A stretch of 64,000 nt of DNA from Lepidodermella squamata (Eukaryota > Animalia > Gastrotricha). Below are positions 21,586 through 35,135 of the stretch, in pieces. The stretch is taken from positions 558,001 to 622,000 of the forward strand of contig JBLDXI010000033.1 in NCBI GenBank assembly GCA_047495785.1. Direction: 5' to 3'. The notes beneath the pieces were generated by a model, which made no database searches, was not told the origin of the DNA, and worked only from the letters and a program-made list of their open reading frames with translations. Made by a program: the position numbers and the translations under genes. Positions within the stretch are counted from its first letter, which is position 1. Each line of letters opens with the position of its first letter.

Positions 21586-23959
21586 ATGACTTCGAAACAG
21601 CAGCCCGAAGATGCAGCATCACAGACTCGCTTTACATTCCGTTTATCTCCACCTGCTCTGCCAGCCTTATCGCTGCGTAGGATATTAACCCCTGGCGGCG
21701 GCAGCTCAAAGTCATCCCAAAACGGTAATTCTTGGCGGCAGCGGCTTCGAATTCTAACGAGAGCAGATCAATCTGATGATGGCGCTAAATCTGAAGGAGG
21801 TGCAAGTTCCGCTCCGTCTTCAGAATCTAGATCTGCGGCTAAAACCCAAAACAGGCTCAACGGGAAGCAGCTACCTGTTCCGCATTCCGTCTTGAGGTAA
21901 TGATTTATACTGATTGCTCAAATTGATTTCATTATCCATTTTTTATAGAACGCACAGCACAAGATCATCCTCGAGTAATCAGAAGCAAGAATGTTCGATG
22001 TGCTTTCAACCTTACACCGAGGAAACGTCACGTATGCTCACCAACTGCGACCACCGATTTTGCCTCGAATGCCTTCAAAGATACATAGTAACAGAGGTAT
22101 CGGAAGGAAGGGCAAATCTCTCCTGTCCCGAACCTGCCTGCCAATCGAAATTACACCCCAGTGATGTGGCCTCCATTATCGGTCTCAATTCTCACATGTA
22201 CAAAAAATACGAGGAATTTTTACTCCGTCGATGCTTGATGGCTGATCCAGACACCAGATGGTGTCCATCTCCTGACTGTGGTTTCGCAGTGATAGCAGCG
22301 GGTTGTGCTGAATGTCCGCAGCTACGCTGTGAAAGGCCCGGCTGTAACACATCGTTCTGCTATCATTGCAAGCAAATCTGGCACCCGAATTTGACTTGTG
22401 AAGTCGCTCGGGTTCGCCGCACTCCTGCTGAATTCAGCGCAGTTTCGTCTGATCTAGTTAACAAAGACGACATTAAGCCATGCCCGCGTTGCGGTGTGTT
22501 CATCCTGAAAGCCGATGACGGCTCGTGCAACCACATGTCTTGCCGGCTGTGTGGAGCCGAGTTCTGCTGGTTGTGTATGAAACTCGTTACCGATGTACAT
22601 TATCTCAGCCCGTCGGGGTGTACATTCTGGGGCAAGAAGCGGTGGTCTCGCAAGAAGAAGCTCTTCTGGCAACTCGGTCTACTCGCGGGCGCCCCTGTAG
22701 GCATCGTACTGCTGACTGCTATCGCTGTCCCCGCAATAATGGCCGGTTTCCCTATTTGGACTGGCCGTAAAATTCGCCAAAAGCACCGAAACGCAACTCC
22801 GGCTGCGAGAAATGCCGCAATAGCTGGCGGTGTAGTCGGAGCAACAATAGCAGGCCCAGCGATCGCCGCAGCTGCTGTCGGCGTGGGTGTCCCAGTTCTA
22901 CTCGCCTATGTCTACGGCGTCGTTCCAGTTTCGCTCTGCCGATCAGGTTCTGTGGGAGCAAAAGAGTCGAAAAACACCCAGGAGTCGACTGACAAGCGAA
23001 ATGCATCTGATTTCGATGCAATTATGTCTGCTTTAAATAATCGTAAGTTCCCAAATTAATTTTCTGTGATTAATCGATTAATTTTTCGTTAATTAGTCAT
23101 TAATGTTTGCATATTGCTTTAATCTCCTCGCTGTTTGTTCAGTTGAGTGAAATGCGAGATAGATCAAATACTACGCTAATTCAAATTATTTGTTGACTAA
23201 TTTCGGTGTGTATTTTCAGCTGCTTCTCCTGTCGCATCGGGCGATACGCAAATGCTGTACCCGGACAAGGCGAGCAACGCCGCGATGGCGGGCACGCTGT
23301 CGATCGCCTCGGTGGAGGCGGTCATCAGCGCCGAGCTGAACTCGCAGGCGGAGCCAGACCCAACAGGCGGCTCGTGGCACCTGAGTGTCGACACAGCCGG
23401 CGGGGGCTGCGAAAGCGACGAGCGCGTCACGCTCGACTCGTACCACCTGCCGCGCGGCAGCATTCTGCTGTGCTCGTCCGGCACCGACAAACCGCCGCGT
23501 TTCGACTCGGACGGCCAGGCGACCGGCGGTGGGACAAGTGCTGCTGAAACCAGCCTAGCTGGCAGTATTGGCTCATCACTAGCTCATCGTAGATTAATGG
23601 TATATTTTTTTTTAATTTGGTCTTTATCCGTGATTTTTGCCCTGATTTTTTTCGAAATTTAATTGATTTTGCGTTATTTTTTGTAGGTGCGTTCATCTCG
23701 TGGTGCCTCGGCGAGTACGGAGTCGATAGGCGCGAGTTACGGCTGTCACAGCGAGGACCACCACTCGGGCGTGTGTCAGCTCGATTCGGCGAGCGCGAGC
23801 GTGAAAGGCCTCACTGGGTCAATGTCGAAACTGGCGCCGCAACACGCTGCGAACACAGCGGCTAGCCACCAAAAAGTCACGTCTTCAACAACCACAACGC
23901 CGCCTATCGACCTGGCCGAGGTCCTCTGCCACGAAGTACCCCCTCCGTCGCCATTGTAG
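21586..23959 (+). CDS. RNF19: RBR E3 ubiquitin ligase RNF19 (Dorfin-like); exons 21586-21896, 21949-23042, 23220-23599, 23687-23959
   Basis: RING1, IBR (DPDTRWCPSPDCGFAVIA), RING2 (DGSCNHMSC..CGAEFCWLC), HYLSPSGCTFWGKK.WSRKKK, two TM segments ending LAYVYGVVPVSLCR. Confidence 0.92.
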
Positions 23960-26641
23960 TGAAAAGCTGGTGGCGGAAAAAAATAAAGCTGATCTTTCTG
24001 TTTCTCGTAATTTATGCGTTTTTAACGTCTATTACTACTACTATACTATTTTTCAATCGCTTTCAAAAAATTAGTATAAATAATATAAAATAACCGCTGA
24101 TTAATATCGCTGTAAAATGATATCACATTATTATTATTTAAATACCAAAAAAATCGCGACTTTGTTTTAGTCTGCTCTCTTTTATTCAAGTTGTAAACAA
24201 TTGATAGGACTATATAGAAAATAAATTGAAATTCAAGTGCGCACTTATTTTGGCCGTTTTATTTTGGCACCGAGAATCACACACACAGTTTTGTGCCGTC
24301 ATTTTGTTGTTTCGCCTGATAATGATGATGATGAGAATTTTTATTTACTACTACATACATAACCAACTAACTATACGACTATTGATGTCCATCACAAAAT
24401 TGCTGCATCAAAATTTGATTTCTCAAGGTCACTGGTTTCGTTGAATGAATGAATATATAAATCGACTCATTTTGGACTCTCTCAGGGGGAATCGATCCAG
24501 AATTACGTTTTTTGTCAAAAATTGAATTATTCTCGAGTTTTATCTACGAAAAATGTAATTCTAGACGCATTCTCCCCCTCATTCCGGCTGTGTTTTCGCT
24601 CCTAATGGAAAAGTGCAGAATTTCTTGTAAAGTATTTAATTTTATTGGGTCAGTTCTTCTCAATGGAAAAAAAACCGAATGACGAGACACTTTGTACTTG
24701 AAACAAAAGGAAACCGTGAAATAATAATAATAATCTTGAAGACGTCTTTTCATACCAATTCTTACCGTGTTTTCTCTCGTTTTTTCTTCTCTTCTCGCTC
24801 GATTGTGACCGCGGTGTAATTATTATTATTTGATTGATTTGATTTCAGTGATTCACATGGCTGCGTTTTACGTGGGAAAATTACCGTGAGTAAATTAATG
24901 CTAATTATCAGCTCTTCATTCTACATGTGTACAAAGCAGTTATCTCGATAACGACAATAAAATATGGCATTCCGGCGCTTTTTAAACGACAGAGCTGTCT
25001 TTTGTTTTGGTTTTCGGGTTAAAACGCGGACGAAAGGGTCAAACATCATGACATGAGTGATTTGATGTCGCTCTTCAAGTGGGATAAATATGGACAGCCT
25101 ATTTAATGTAATATGGATCAGGTAAATCAATGAACAACGACAGCACAATACCCCTAGGTACATACGCTTAACTCAATTATCTTAACCCTTATATTTTTTC
25201 CCTATTATTTGGCAAATCAATCCACTCAATTTTTACATCGTTCAGGCAATAATTCGTTAACTGATTTAAACAGCAAAATTTCACTCGGGAATAAATCAAC
25301 CTGCAAATCCTTCACCATCAATACTGTTTGTTCAACAATTTTATAAAAAAAAATCGAGTATGGTCGTTATCATTGAAACCGAAATAGTAGGCTTCGCTTT
25401 GTTTTAATGTTATTCTCTACCTCTGAATTGAAATGCCCCAGTATTTTCGGTTTCAAAATACATTTTTAGGACAATAAATCGATGCTCACCAACTACTTCC
25501 GACTTGTGAATATTCTCCGGTTTTTCGTCGATTTTTTGACAAAGGAAGAACTTGGATTAATATCCTGCTGCCGTGTCTGTCATTTGAATTACCTTCAGCA
25601 GCCTGGATGGCGGCGTGAGAGAACAGCCACGTGTTAACGCCTGGCAAAACGCAACGCACCTTCGACGCGAGTTCGGCGAACCAGAACACGGCCGGTGATG
25701 TGAATATAAGCGTTTTTATTACAGATTTATAATTCGACAACATAAAACATGATGTTTCACACGCGCACGCATAAATTACTATAATATAGGTACTCATCAT
25801 CTAAATATCATATTCTTCGAGAGCGAGACACAGATGGAGAGAAAGTGCAAAATAGGCGTGTATATTCTATCTATCTCATCGTTCAATCTGACCTCCAACG
25901 AACCGGCCAATTTACCCCAACTGCCAAAACGAGTCCCAGAAAAACAAAAATAATTAGCGAGAACTGAATAGTACATCTGTTCGCCATCAATCAATCTCTA
26001 ATAAACGCGTGCATAATTTTTCATTCACTATACGCTCCAACAACACGAGTCTCGAACAATATTTCAAGAAGTAAGTAGCACAGGCAGTGAAAATACATAC
26101 ATGTCTCGGGTATGAAAAATAACGCTCTAAGTAATGTTTCTTCGAAACACCGGTAGGAATTAAGGACTGTGTGTATGTGTATGTGACGGGTCATTCGAGG
26201 TGAAATTTAATCAGGCACTAGCGACGAGAAAGAAGAGAGAAAGATGTATGACATCACGTTAACAATTACAACGATATTAATTGATTAAATAACTCTTCAC
26301 ATCATCTAATGGCAGGGCTATAAAGGAATTGATCGCGGTATGTGAAGTCGATTATATTATAACAATAAAAAGCTTTCGATATTTCTCCTTCGTTTTTTTT
26401 GGCTTGCGTCAACAAGTATCGAGAAAAGTTCTAATTTCGGACAAATATTTTTCAAATCGAAATTCGACCTAATTTCAAGGTTAAAAATTTTTGAAAAAAA
26501 AACAATTTGACCTAGTTTCAGACAATTTTAAAATTTCAAGAAATTAGAATTTCCTCGATAGCATTTTTAATGAATTTTTTGCTCATTCGTGAATTGATTA
26601 TGTGTGAGTCGGGTTGGTATTTTTCTCCACAAGTTGATCAT

Positions 26642-29600
26642 TTAATGCGCCTCAACGTTGTAGATGGCGTCCTTATTCGCCAGGATGTTGAGTAGCGGGC
26701 GCAGGCGCATGAACCACGACTTTGACCACCGTCGCTTCTCCATATCCGTCTCGGCCTCGAGCGTCTTGACCGGCGTCAACGAGGTGTGATGCTCATCGAG
26801 GCCGATGACAACAACCGAATCAGGGTCTTCGCATAGAACAGAGCCATCCGGCTGCGCGTACTTCTTCACCATCTCCGTGAGCTTAATAGCCGCTTTGCAG
26901 CCGAATTTGATGCCGAGATTGCGATCGAAGGGCGACGGACGCGAGCCCTGCTGTATATATCCGAGCACCTGCTTACGGCAGTCGAAGATTTTGCCCGCCT
27001 CCGATGTGTACAGCTTGTGGATGAAGTCGGTCGAGTACTGCGGGTGCGCGTGCTCGTTGCGCAACACAATGCCGCGCTGCACTTTCGCCTCCATTTTACG
27101 CTTCAGATGGTCAAAGTCAACCTAAAATGAATTAGATTTCATAATTAAACTTCTGTTTAAAAAAGCTCTCGACGAATAATGAAAATCCTAGTTTCTGGCA
27201 GACCGTCATAACAGCAAATAGCCAAAACAGCAAATTTTTCAACTTGCGACATAACAGCAGAAAGTCGATGCATCTTTTGCATTTTAAGTTTTCGCTGTTT
27301 TGTCGCTAAATAATATATTTGCTGTTTTGTCGTATTTGCTGTTCTGCGAAGTTGGTGTTTTGTCGCCATGCCTAGTTTCTATAATTAATTGAGACCCGGG
27401 AAAAAATCAACGCTATATTCATAGTTCAAGGACCAAATCCTTTTTTCCTTTTTTTCTTCATCCCCCTTAATTAAAGAATCTTTCAACTTCAACCTCAAGT
27501 TCTCGACGCAGATCTAACTGAAACTTTGAAATCAGTCGAGCGTGACATTAAAAATAATCAATTTCAGCGTAAAAACCAAGATTCACTAGTACTCAAGCGG
27601 GTAAAACCGCTACAGTAAACTCGAGATCGAGAGCAGTTGCGACTTCTTAAAAGCTCTTGCATAAGGAAATAATCGTGCAAGGCAAATTTAGTCCGGCTGT
27701 CTGTTAAGTGATTTTGAAAAGTGTGGGATACCGTAACGCAAGGTCGAAACTACTTGGATATCGCATAATCTGGCTGCAAACGAAGCTGAACAATTTTCCT
27801 TCAAAACCGTAAAGTTTCTGCCACCGTACTAACCACAACTGAACCTAATCGAAACTACTTTTTCATCGGTAAAGGCTGAGGTTAAGAGAGAACTCGCCGA
27901 CAACGAGCCTAATCTTGGCAACCCTTTTAAAGACCCGCTGACTATTCAACAAGCTCGAAGAACACTTGAAGCTGGGAGATTTTTCGCGTTGGCTGAGGAT
28001 TCACGTCAATTTCTCAACACATACATTTTTCGAAAAGGTATTTCAGGATAATGTCTTTACCGTTTCAAGGCGATGAAAGAACACTTCGAAGAAACAAATC
28101 ACCAGTTTCGATCACTCGCTCAATCGTGCGATACACGCTGGAGCAGCAAGGCGGACGTTTGCAAAAATTTGGAAGCGACATTGCCAGGCGTTTTGACAAC
28201 TTTGGAATACGTTGTAAATGACAGCGATCCGGACCGGCGTTTGAAAGCGGAAAATTTTCTCCGTCAAACCGACTTCTCGTTTGTTTTGACTCTCTACGCT
28301 CTTCCTTGCGCGGCTAGTTTCACGAGCAATGCGTGAACTTCAAAACACTCGAATCAGTCTAATGATGCACGTTAATTATTTTGAGCTTCGTTTTGAGCCA
28401 TTCAAATGTCCCTGGTAATTTCTTTTATACCATATTTGAAATTATTTGAAGAGTCACTAGAATCACATTGCCCATATTTGTCCCGAATTTCAGAATTTTC
28501 TTAGCAGAAATGCATTTCCAACCGTCGAAAACCTCAGTTACGGTATATTTACAGATAATATCCAAGTAGAAATAACAATTTACAGACGACTTACCATCAA
28601 TTCCTTGATGCCATGGGGTTCCTCTGGGATATAGGCCGAATCAGCACCGGCAGCGAGGGCGGCGACAGTCGTCAAGTAACCGCAATAGCCGCCCATAGTT
28701 TCGCAGATGAAAACACGCCGGCCAGTTCCGAGCGCCGACTGCTTCAGCTCATCAATCGCATTGACGATAACGTTAAGCGACGAATCAGCGCCAATGCTGA
28801 ACGTCGTGCCCGGCACGTTGTTGCTGATGGTCGACGGCACGACAATGATCGGCACCTTGAACTCGTGGAACTGCGAGCGCGCTTCGAGCAGCTCGATGGC
28901 ACTGCTGAACGCCTCGAAGCCGCCGACAATCAACACGCCGCCGACTTGGTAGTCGGAAAACGACTTGGCCAAACGGTCGAAGCCAATGTCAGGGTGGGAG
29001 GGCGTGTCGCGCTTGGTGCCGATTTTCGAGCCGCCCTCCAGCGACCACAGGCTCACGTCGGTCCAGTGGAGGAGGGTTGCGTTTCCGGCGGCGAGACCGC
29101 GCCATGAATTGCACGCGGCAACGACTTCGTAGCCTTGGCGAGCGGCGTAGCGCACGAACGAACGCGTGACGGCGTTCATGCCGCACGCCGGGGCACCGCA
29201 GTGGACAACCAACATGCGCTGAGGATTCTGTAAAATATTTGCGGAAAAAAGGATTAAAATCGAAGAAAAAATGCCGGTAAAGATTGACTGCATTTGCAAA
29301 CGTCTAGAAGCTAGCGAAATTAGTTAAGAACTTCTAACTAAAATAAGCGTTTCATACTGCATCAGTGAATCAGTTGAGCAAATAGACCAAAAACCGGCAG
29401 AAACTCAACAAAAAAAAAGAAAAACCACTCCAAGTATCATATTTCATCTTTCAATCGTCTATCGAGTAATTGGGAAAATAATCGAGAAATGACATCGGAG
29501 ATTTGCAAATTTTTTGAATTCGATGAAATCGGTGAAAATATTCGGGAATTCGAAAAATATAGCTACGTAGTTATTTCTGATTCCACTTTAGAGAAAATTG

Positions 29601-32600
29601 AGAAAATCTTTGCTATTTCGGTATTTTTTCCATTTGATTTAAAATTTCATTCAAAATAAATTTCATGTAAAATATGTTATAGATTTTTAGATTTACTAAA
29701 ATAAATTTGATCATTGAATTTTTAAATAATTAATTTCCGGTAAATGTCTTTCAGGGCTCAGTCCTCTGTCTAAATAGCTGACCGACCAGCTAGAAGGAGT
29801 TTAACATCTCTCTCGATTTTAATGAAAATAGCGCTTGAAAGTTTGAAGCTAAGATTTTCGCAGCCATCATTCATAAGCACAGCCAAGAACCAGTCCTAAA
29901 GAAAGTTTCAAGGCCAATACTAGAATTCGCAACCGCACCAATCAGCCAATTTGAGTTATTATGATTTAGTAGCGTTGGTTCACAGGCTGAATTCATTCAT
30001 AAAACAGCCTGTTCACTACACCAAATCACTCTTAAAATGAACTTGAAAGGGTGTAAACATTAACCTTGCGATAGGCTTGGCCATCGCCCTGCAGCATGCG
30101 AAAGAGGAAGAAAACAATTCATGAAATATTTGAGAAATAAAACACAATTAGAGTGGTAAACATTAGAAATTTTCAGTGATTCAAAATTGAAAAAACTCGG
30201 CAAAAAAAATCAGAGCTGTCACGGAGTGATTTCACATAGTAATTAAACACGCGTGGTGAACGTTAGAAAATATTTTTTATCAACATTTTTGATTCAGGAC
30301 AACAGCGTGCTATCAACAAAATTCTAATGAAAACCGTGAATTGTTATATTACCTTATCCTGCAAATTAAAATAGGAAAGCAACAAAAAATTAAGGTAAAA
30401 TTATAATTAAATCATGCTAATAGCTGAATTCTAAAATTTTGGATTTTCGGGGTGAATTTGAGAGGTTTTCTTCCGGAATTTTACCTGTTCAATTGCAGAA
30501 GTGTGATCGAGTTCGGCGAGAATTTTGAACGTTTCAAAGTTGTTAGCAAAGCTCGAGCCACGGATAGCAACAGCCTTGTCCCATTCGAAGTTCTCCATCG
30601 CCTTCTTAACATTTCGCGTGTAGTCGACGGCTTCCATGAGCGGAATTTTGACGATCCAATTACCGCGGATGCCGATGACACACGGCGGCGTGTCAGCGTT
30701 AGCTTCGAGCAGGGCGATGACGGCCTCGGCGCCCTGGCGGGTGCCCAGCAGGCGGTCGAAGGCGGACGGGTTGCCGCCGCGCTGCACGTGGCCGAGAACG
30801 GTGACTCGGGCGTCGAGCTTCAGCCGCTCTTCGAGCAGATCGCGCACCATGTTGGCGGTGATGGGCTTGCCAGTGCGATCGGTGGCACCCTCGGCGATCA
30901 CGATGATATTCAGGCGAACACCGCTTTTGCGGGTCTAAAAAATTGGGGAATCATGATTAGTTCAAGCCTAAATTCAGCCAATTCCCATCAAGTTATATAT
31001 CCAAGGAAGCAGAATTATTCTTCAATCGATTCCACGAAATGCCTTATAAATGAAGCCTGTGCCCTTATAAATGAAGCCTGTTACTTCGAATGCATTCGGG
31101 AAAATTTCTCATAAAATGGAGTGAAATTTAAATTTAAAAGAGGAGTCATATATATTGAATAAGTAACATCAGAACGAGAAAAACAGAGAAAACAGTATCG
31201 GAAAACTGTTTCTTTCGATTGGCGTCTTCGAAATTAGAAAACCGACAAAAATCTAAATCTAATGTTCGATTTGCGACTTCAATCTTCAAGTGGCCAAATT
31301 CTTCATTTAATCCTGAACTTGAAATTGTGGTCCATGGAATAGGAAAAATAGGAAAAAAATTCAATCTTTGTGGGTGAACCTTTTTACAAGGACAGGATTC
31401 TTCAGATTTCCTTATACCAGATCTTTGAGTTCAATACTTCAATATTTCCTGCTTTGTTTCAACTTTCAACGCGGGAAAAATTTCAGGTCACAATTTTCAT
31501 CAATCAATCGCTTTGAAGTTTAATTTCTAACTTTTTTTGGTGTGCTAAAGATAATTAGACATTCAACTTTTCAAAATAATTAGTTGACTATGAGCTCTAT
31601 AGATATTTTCAACGTTTTAAAATTTATGAGAAACTTACGCCGTCGAGCTTAGCGCACAGCTTGTCTTGCCAGCCCTCCTTCGGCGGGTGTTCAGGAATGA
31701 AAACGTAGTCAGCCTCAGTGCAAAGGGCAGCGACGAGCGCCAAATAACCGCAGTTGCGGCCCATGACTTCAAGCACGAACGCGCGTTGATGGCTAGAAGC
31801 CGTGACGGTGATTGCATCAGTAGCCTCAACTACAAATGTCCAGACATCATTTCAAATACAATTTTCCAGTTTTTATCAACAAACTGATTCGATGAAGGGC
31901 AGAATCGACACCAATAGTCATATCAGTACCGCAAAAATCGTTATCGATCGAACCGACCATGCCGACAACGTTGAGAGTAGAACAGCTCTGGGCTTGTTCT
32001 TCGGTCAGTTTTCCTAAATTTTTGTTATTTTTTCAAATTTTCAGTTTTTCCTTCATTTCTCTGCACAAACCCTCGGCGGCAAGTTCGCGAACAAGGGAAG
32101 GCCATTCTTCACGGAACATGCGAGCGCCGGTCAGCGAGCCGTCACCGCCAATGCATACGAGATTAGTGATGTTACGGCGTGCCAAGTTGTAGCACGCTTT
32201 TTTGCGTCCCTCGCGTTGGCGGAACTCGGCACACCGCGCGCTGCCAATGATAGTGCCACCGCGGCCCATTTTATCACTGACCATCCACCAGGTAGCTTCA
32301 ACCATCATGTCATCGCTGCCATCGACCATGCCAATGTAGCCCTGCACAAATAACAATTTTTCATATCATTCTATCATCATCGAGCCATTGTGCTATCAGG
32401 TTACCACTCTTCCTTCTTTCGTTTTTTTTCGTCTTCTATACCCCTAGGCGCACCGTTGCATGCAGATGGCAAATTATTACTGGCCTATATATTAGTAAGT
32501 ATTATACATTGTTCAGGTATGGCGATACGCACACAATTGCGGTCTACGCTATATTAACACTACATCTCCCGCTAAAAGCATTTTTCATTTGATCGGTAGG

Positions 32601-33334
32601 TCGACGCGCTTCTCTTACGCAGTTGTGGTATAAAAATATGCAGCTAAGCAGAAATAAACAACTGTTCGGCTGGAGAGTAGCGCCCCATTGCCACGCATTA
32701 TAAACCACTGTTGTATACTGGTTTCGTGTGGATCCTGCGTCTTGCATCAAACAATGCAGGTAAGAGCAGCAAAAAATCGCTTTGATAGGCAGCGGAAGGG
32801 GTAGGGGAATGCACGATCTTTACAATAAAAACACAGACACCACCCTCATAATCAATGTTTGGTCCATATTTCTTCTTCTTCTTTCGACTCTGTTTACATG
32901 TACAGTCCAACCATGTCCCGTCGATATTAAATACCTGCTTATGTGTCTACGCGCGCAGAATCGAAGGGAAAAAAATCAGCGCAACCCTTTATGCATGGCA
33001 TAGTGCAAAAGGTTTTTGCTTGAGACATTCAAAAGGTCGCCGCTGATAGGATTTGCATTGAAAAAAATGAAAGCCAATGATATCGCACCTCTTTGATGAA
33101 GTAAACTCGGCATCCCACATACAGGCCCATGCGGACAACTGAGCGAAGGGCGGCGTTCATACCTGAAAAATATATTGAAACATAAATCATAAAAATAAGC
33201 GAACTGAGATAATTACCCTGAGAATCACCACCGCTGGTGAACACAGCAATGTCACCCTTGCCTTGGTAGCAATTGCGAGTGACTTGCTTGTGCTCCAGAG
33301 GCCGTTTGCTTAGTCTGGATTCAAAATCCTCCAT
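26642..33334 (-). CDS. PFK: ATP-dependent 6-phosphofructokinase, multi-exon (approx. 33334-33217, 33162-33089, 32341-32071, 32013-31884, ~31830-31639, ~30934-30485, 29227-28595, ~27121-26642)
   Basis: [76 protein letters not shown]; duplicated eukaryotic PFK architecture. Confidence 0.96.
27197..27372. mobile_element. Degenerate MITE in PFK intron, 8-bp TSD
   Basis: Ends GGCA...TGCC, flanked by TAGTTTCT on both sides (27189-27196, 27373-27380), with inverted subterminal CGACAAAACAGCAAAT-like repeats. Confidence 0.7.
27720..27910 (+). mobile_element. IS630/Tc1/mariner DDE transposase remnant
   Basis: Translation [25 protein letters not shown] matches the LPPYSPxLNPIE motif with a premature stop. 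Confidence 0.75.
28073..28336 (+). mobile_element. hAT-family (ZMYM1-like) transposase remnant
   Basis: [13 protein letters not shown]...L..L....A..FL...DFSFV resembles the hAT L..L..TRWSS region. Fragment only. Confidence 0.7.
30065..30088 (-). CDS. Candidate 24-nt PFK microexon (GDGQAYRK)
   Basis: Minus strand ttgttttcttcctctttcgcatgctgcAG|GGCGATGGCCAAGCCTATCGCAAG|GTtaat. Phase 0-0, matching the flanking exons. Confidence 0.6.
30353..30358 (-). CDS. Candidate 6-nt PFK microexon (DK)
   Basis: Minus strand ttttttgttgctttcctattttaatttgcAG|GATAAG|GTaata. Phase 0-0. Confidence 0.55.
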
Positions 33335-33442
33335 ATTTTAACAATAAATCAATCTTATGTTAAATACCACACCCTAAAAAGTAATAAATATTAATATTGT
33401 GGGAACTAATAAAAAGTTGAGGCTGCTTTTAATGGCACAAGA

Positions 33443-33835
33443 CTAGGCTGAGCGATTTTCCTCTTTGTTTGACCGAGCTTTGATGCGTAAATTTTCGGCA
33501 GATGCGTCGGTTTTCGGTTTGAGACGATCCTCTAGGAGTTTAGACTCTGCCACCTGGCGCTCCACTGCTACTTTTTGCTGCAGCCCAATAGCAATATCCA
33601 ATTCCGTGAGCTGCTCTAACACGCGTTTAGCCATATCCTCGTTTTTCTTCAAACGTGTGATTTGACCTTTGCCGAGTTTTCCAGGCGAGCCGTCGGCATA
33701 TGACCAGTCGGGTAAATCAGTTAGAGGACCATAATCATTGCGATGGGTCGGTAAGCCTTTAGCAATGCGCCAACGTTCTCCGCCAAGAAGTCGCGCGGAA
33801 CAAGTCAGAAAACGCCTCGCAATATAAGTGTTCAT
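33443..33835 (-). CDS. MRPL52: Mitochondrial large ribosomal subunit protein mL52
   Basis: WR..KGL.....YGPLTDLPDWSYADG signature; basic transit-like N-terminus. Confidence 0.93.
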   Translation of the reverse strand: MNTYIARRFLTCSARLLGGERWRIAKGLPTHRNDYGPLTDLPDWSYADGSPGKLGKGQITRLKKNEDMAKRVLEQLTELDIAIGLQQKVAVERQVAESKLLEDRLKPKTDASAENLRIKARSNKEENRSA

Positions 33836-35090
33836 GCTGAATATCTATAACAATGAGCACTTCAATGTGTCAGTAATACAGCCAAAACCATTCGAGCAAT
33901 GTGAATAACATCGAAGTATCACAGGAACATAGATTTTCGAAGCGCAATGCGGAACAGTAACTAAAATTAACTGCTCAGTAAAAACTGCTGTCAATAGTCT
34001 GAAACTAAAAACTAAAACTAAAAACCACGCATCCTACTAGATAAAGTACGCCAAGGAGTACAGAGGTATCTTCTAGGTACCATGTTATTTTCAGCAATTA
34101 AGAAATATTCAGAGTTAGCTGATTTTTGGCTGATTACTCAAGGCATCAAAAGAAAAGCTATCGAAACTGAAACGTTTCATTTGAATCTGTCCCTCGAATC
34201 TCACAAATGTGTGAGCCCAGTGATAGCTGTATTGCATAAAACTTCACACTCCCAAGGGTTCAGGACCTCTACAAATGATTTCAGACTATCCGAGTGGAAA
34301 GGCATAAAAACGCTATATTGTTCCCTCCCTGCTTCAAAACAAGAGTCAGCACAGCAATAGCATCAACGAGAAGTTTTAGTAGCACACAGCGGTTTCACAT
34401 CTATAACCTATAACAAATCACTCAATAAAAAATGGCTCCTGTGACGATTTTAAGCATAGTTCAAAAGTGAAAGTTCAACATATAAGCTGGTTTGCTTCTT
34501 TCAGAGGGGTTCTTAAGTGTACTCAGGGCATTCATAGCACCCGCGTTTGGCGTAAATGTCGGCTTTCAGACAAACCGCTGAAAAAAAACAGGCTGAACAA
34601 GGGCACTGCGCGCGCAAACGCGGGTTTTCAAAATTTCTGATATTATTAATATGTTATAAACTTGTAAAATACACAAATTTACGAGCTGCATTTTTTACAA
34701 TAAAGTTCGTTGAAGGACGATAAATAGGCGCAGTTTGCATTTTTTGAAAAACCTAGCGGGTTGGGCTTCTGGGGCGCTTGGGGGTTTGTCGTTCGTTGCC
34801 AAAGCGCTGCGATTTCATCCCACCCGGAGAGCTTGTCGAGTTGATGGAGACGGTTCAAGGGCTATATGAATGTAAAAAACCGCACTACCGACTTCAAGTA
34901 GTTCAAATTGACTTGCGAAAATGTCGGCTCTGTTGGCTCTCAAATGCTACAAAAGCTCGGCTGGAAAGAGGGCGAAGGCCTTGGTTCTGCCACGTTGAAC
35001 CTGTCGGTCGGGGCTTGGGCGATCTAGGCGATACTTCTGGTCCGTCTGCTATGATTGCTCCACCTGTTGACGCTCCTGATGTGCAGCCGA

Positions 35091-35135
35091 ACAACTTCCA
35101 AGACCAAACTGGGCCAGTTTGGTCTTGGAAGTTGT
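35091..35135. repeat. Perfect 22-bp palindrome with 1-nt spacer
   Basis: ACAACTTCCAAGACCAAACTGG g CCAGTTTGGTCTTGGAAGTTGT. Confidence 0.9.

Noticed and set aside
21568-21588. Short uORF (MSGVLQ*) overlapping the RNF19 start
   Set aside because: Could be chance; the transcript start is unknown.
25486-25994. Possible alternative 3' exons of PFK (minus-strand AG...GT units near 25590-25640 and 25890-25920)
   Set aside because: No convincing donor in the last PFK exon and no recognisable homology.
31040-31082. 21-bp tandem duplication in PFK intron; also TCGGTAATTT repeats at ~44826-44862
   Set aside because: Ordinary slippage or MITE subterminal repeats.
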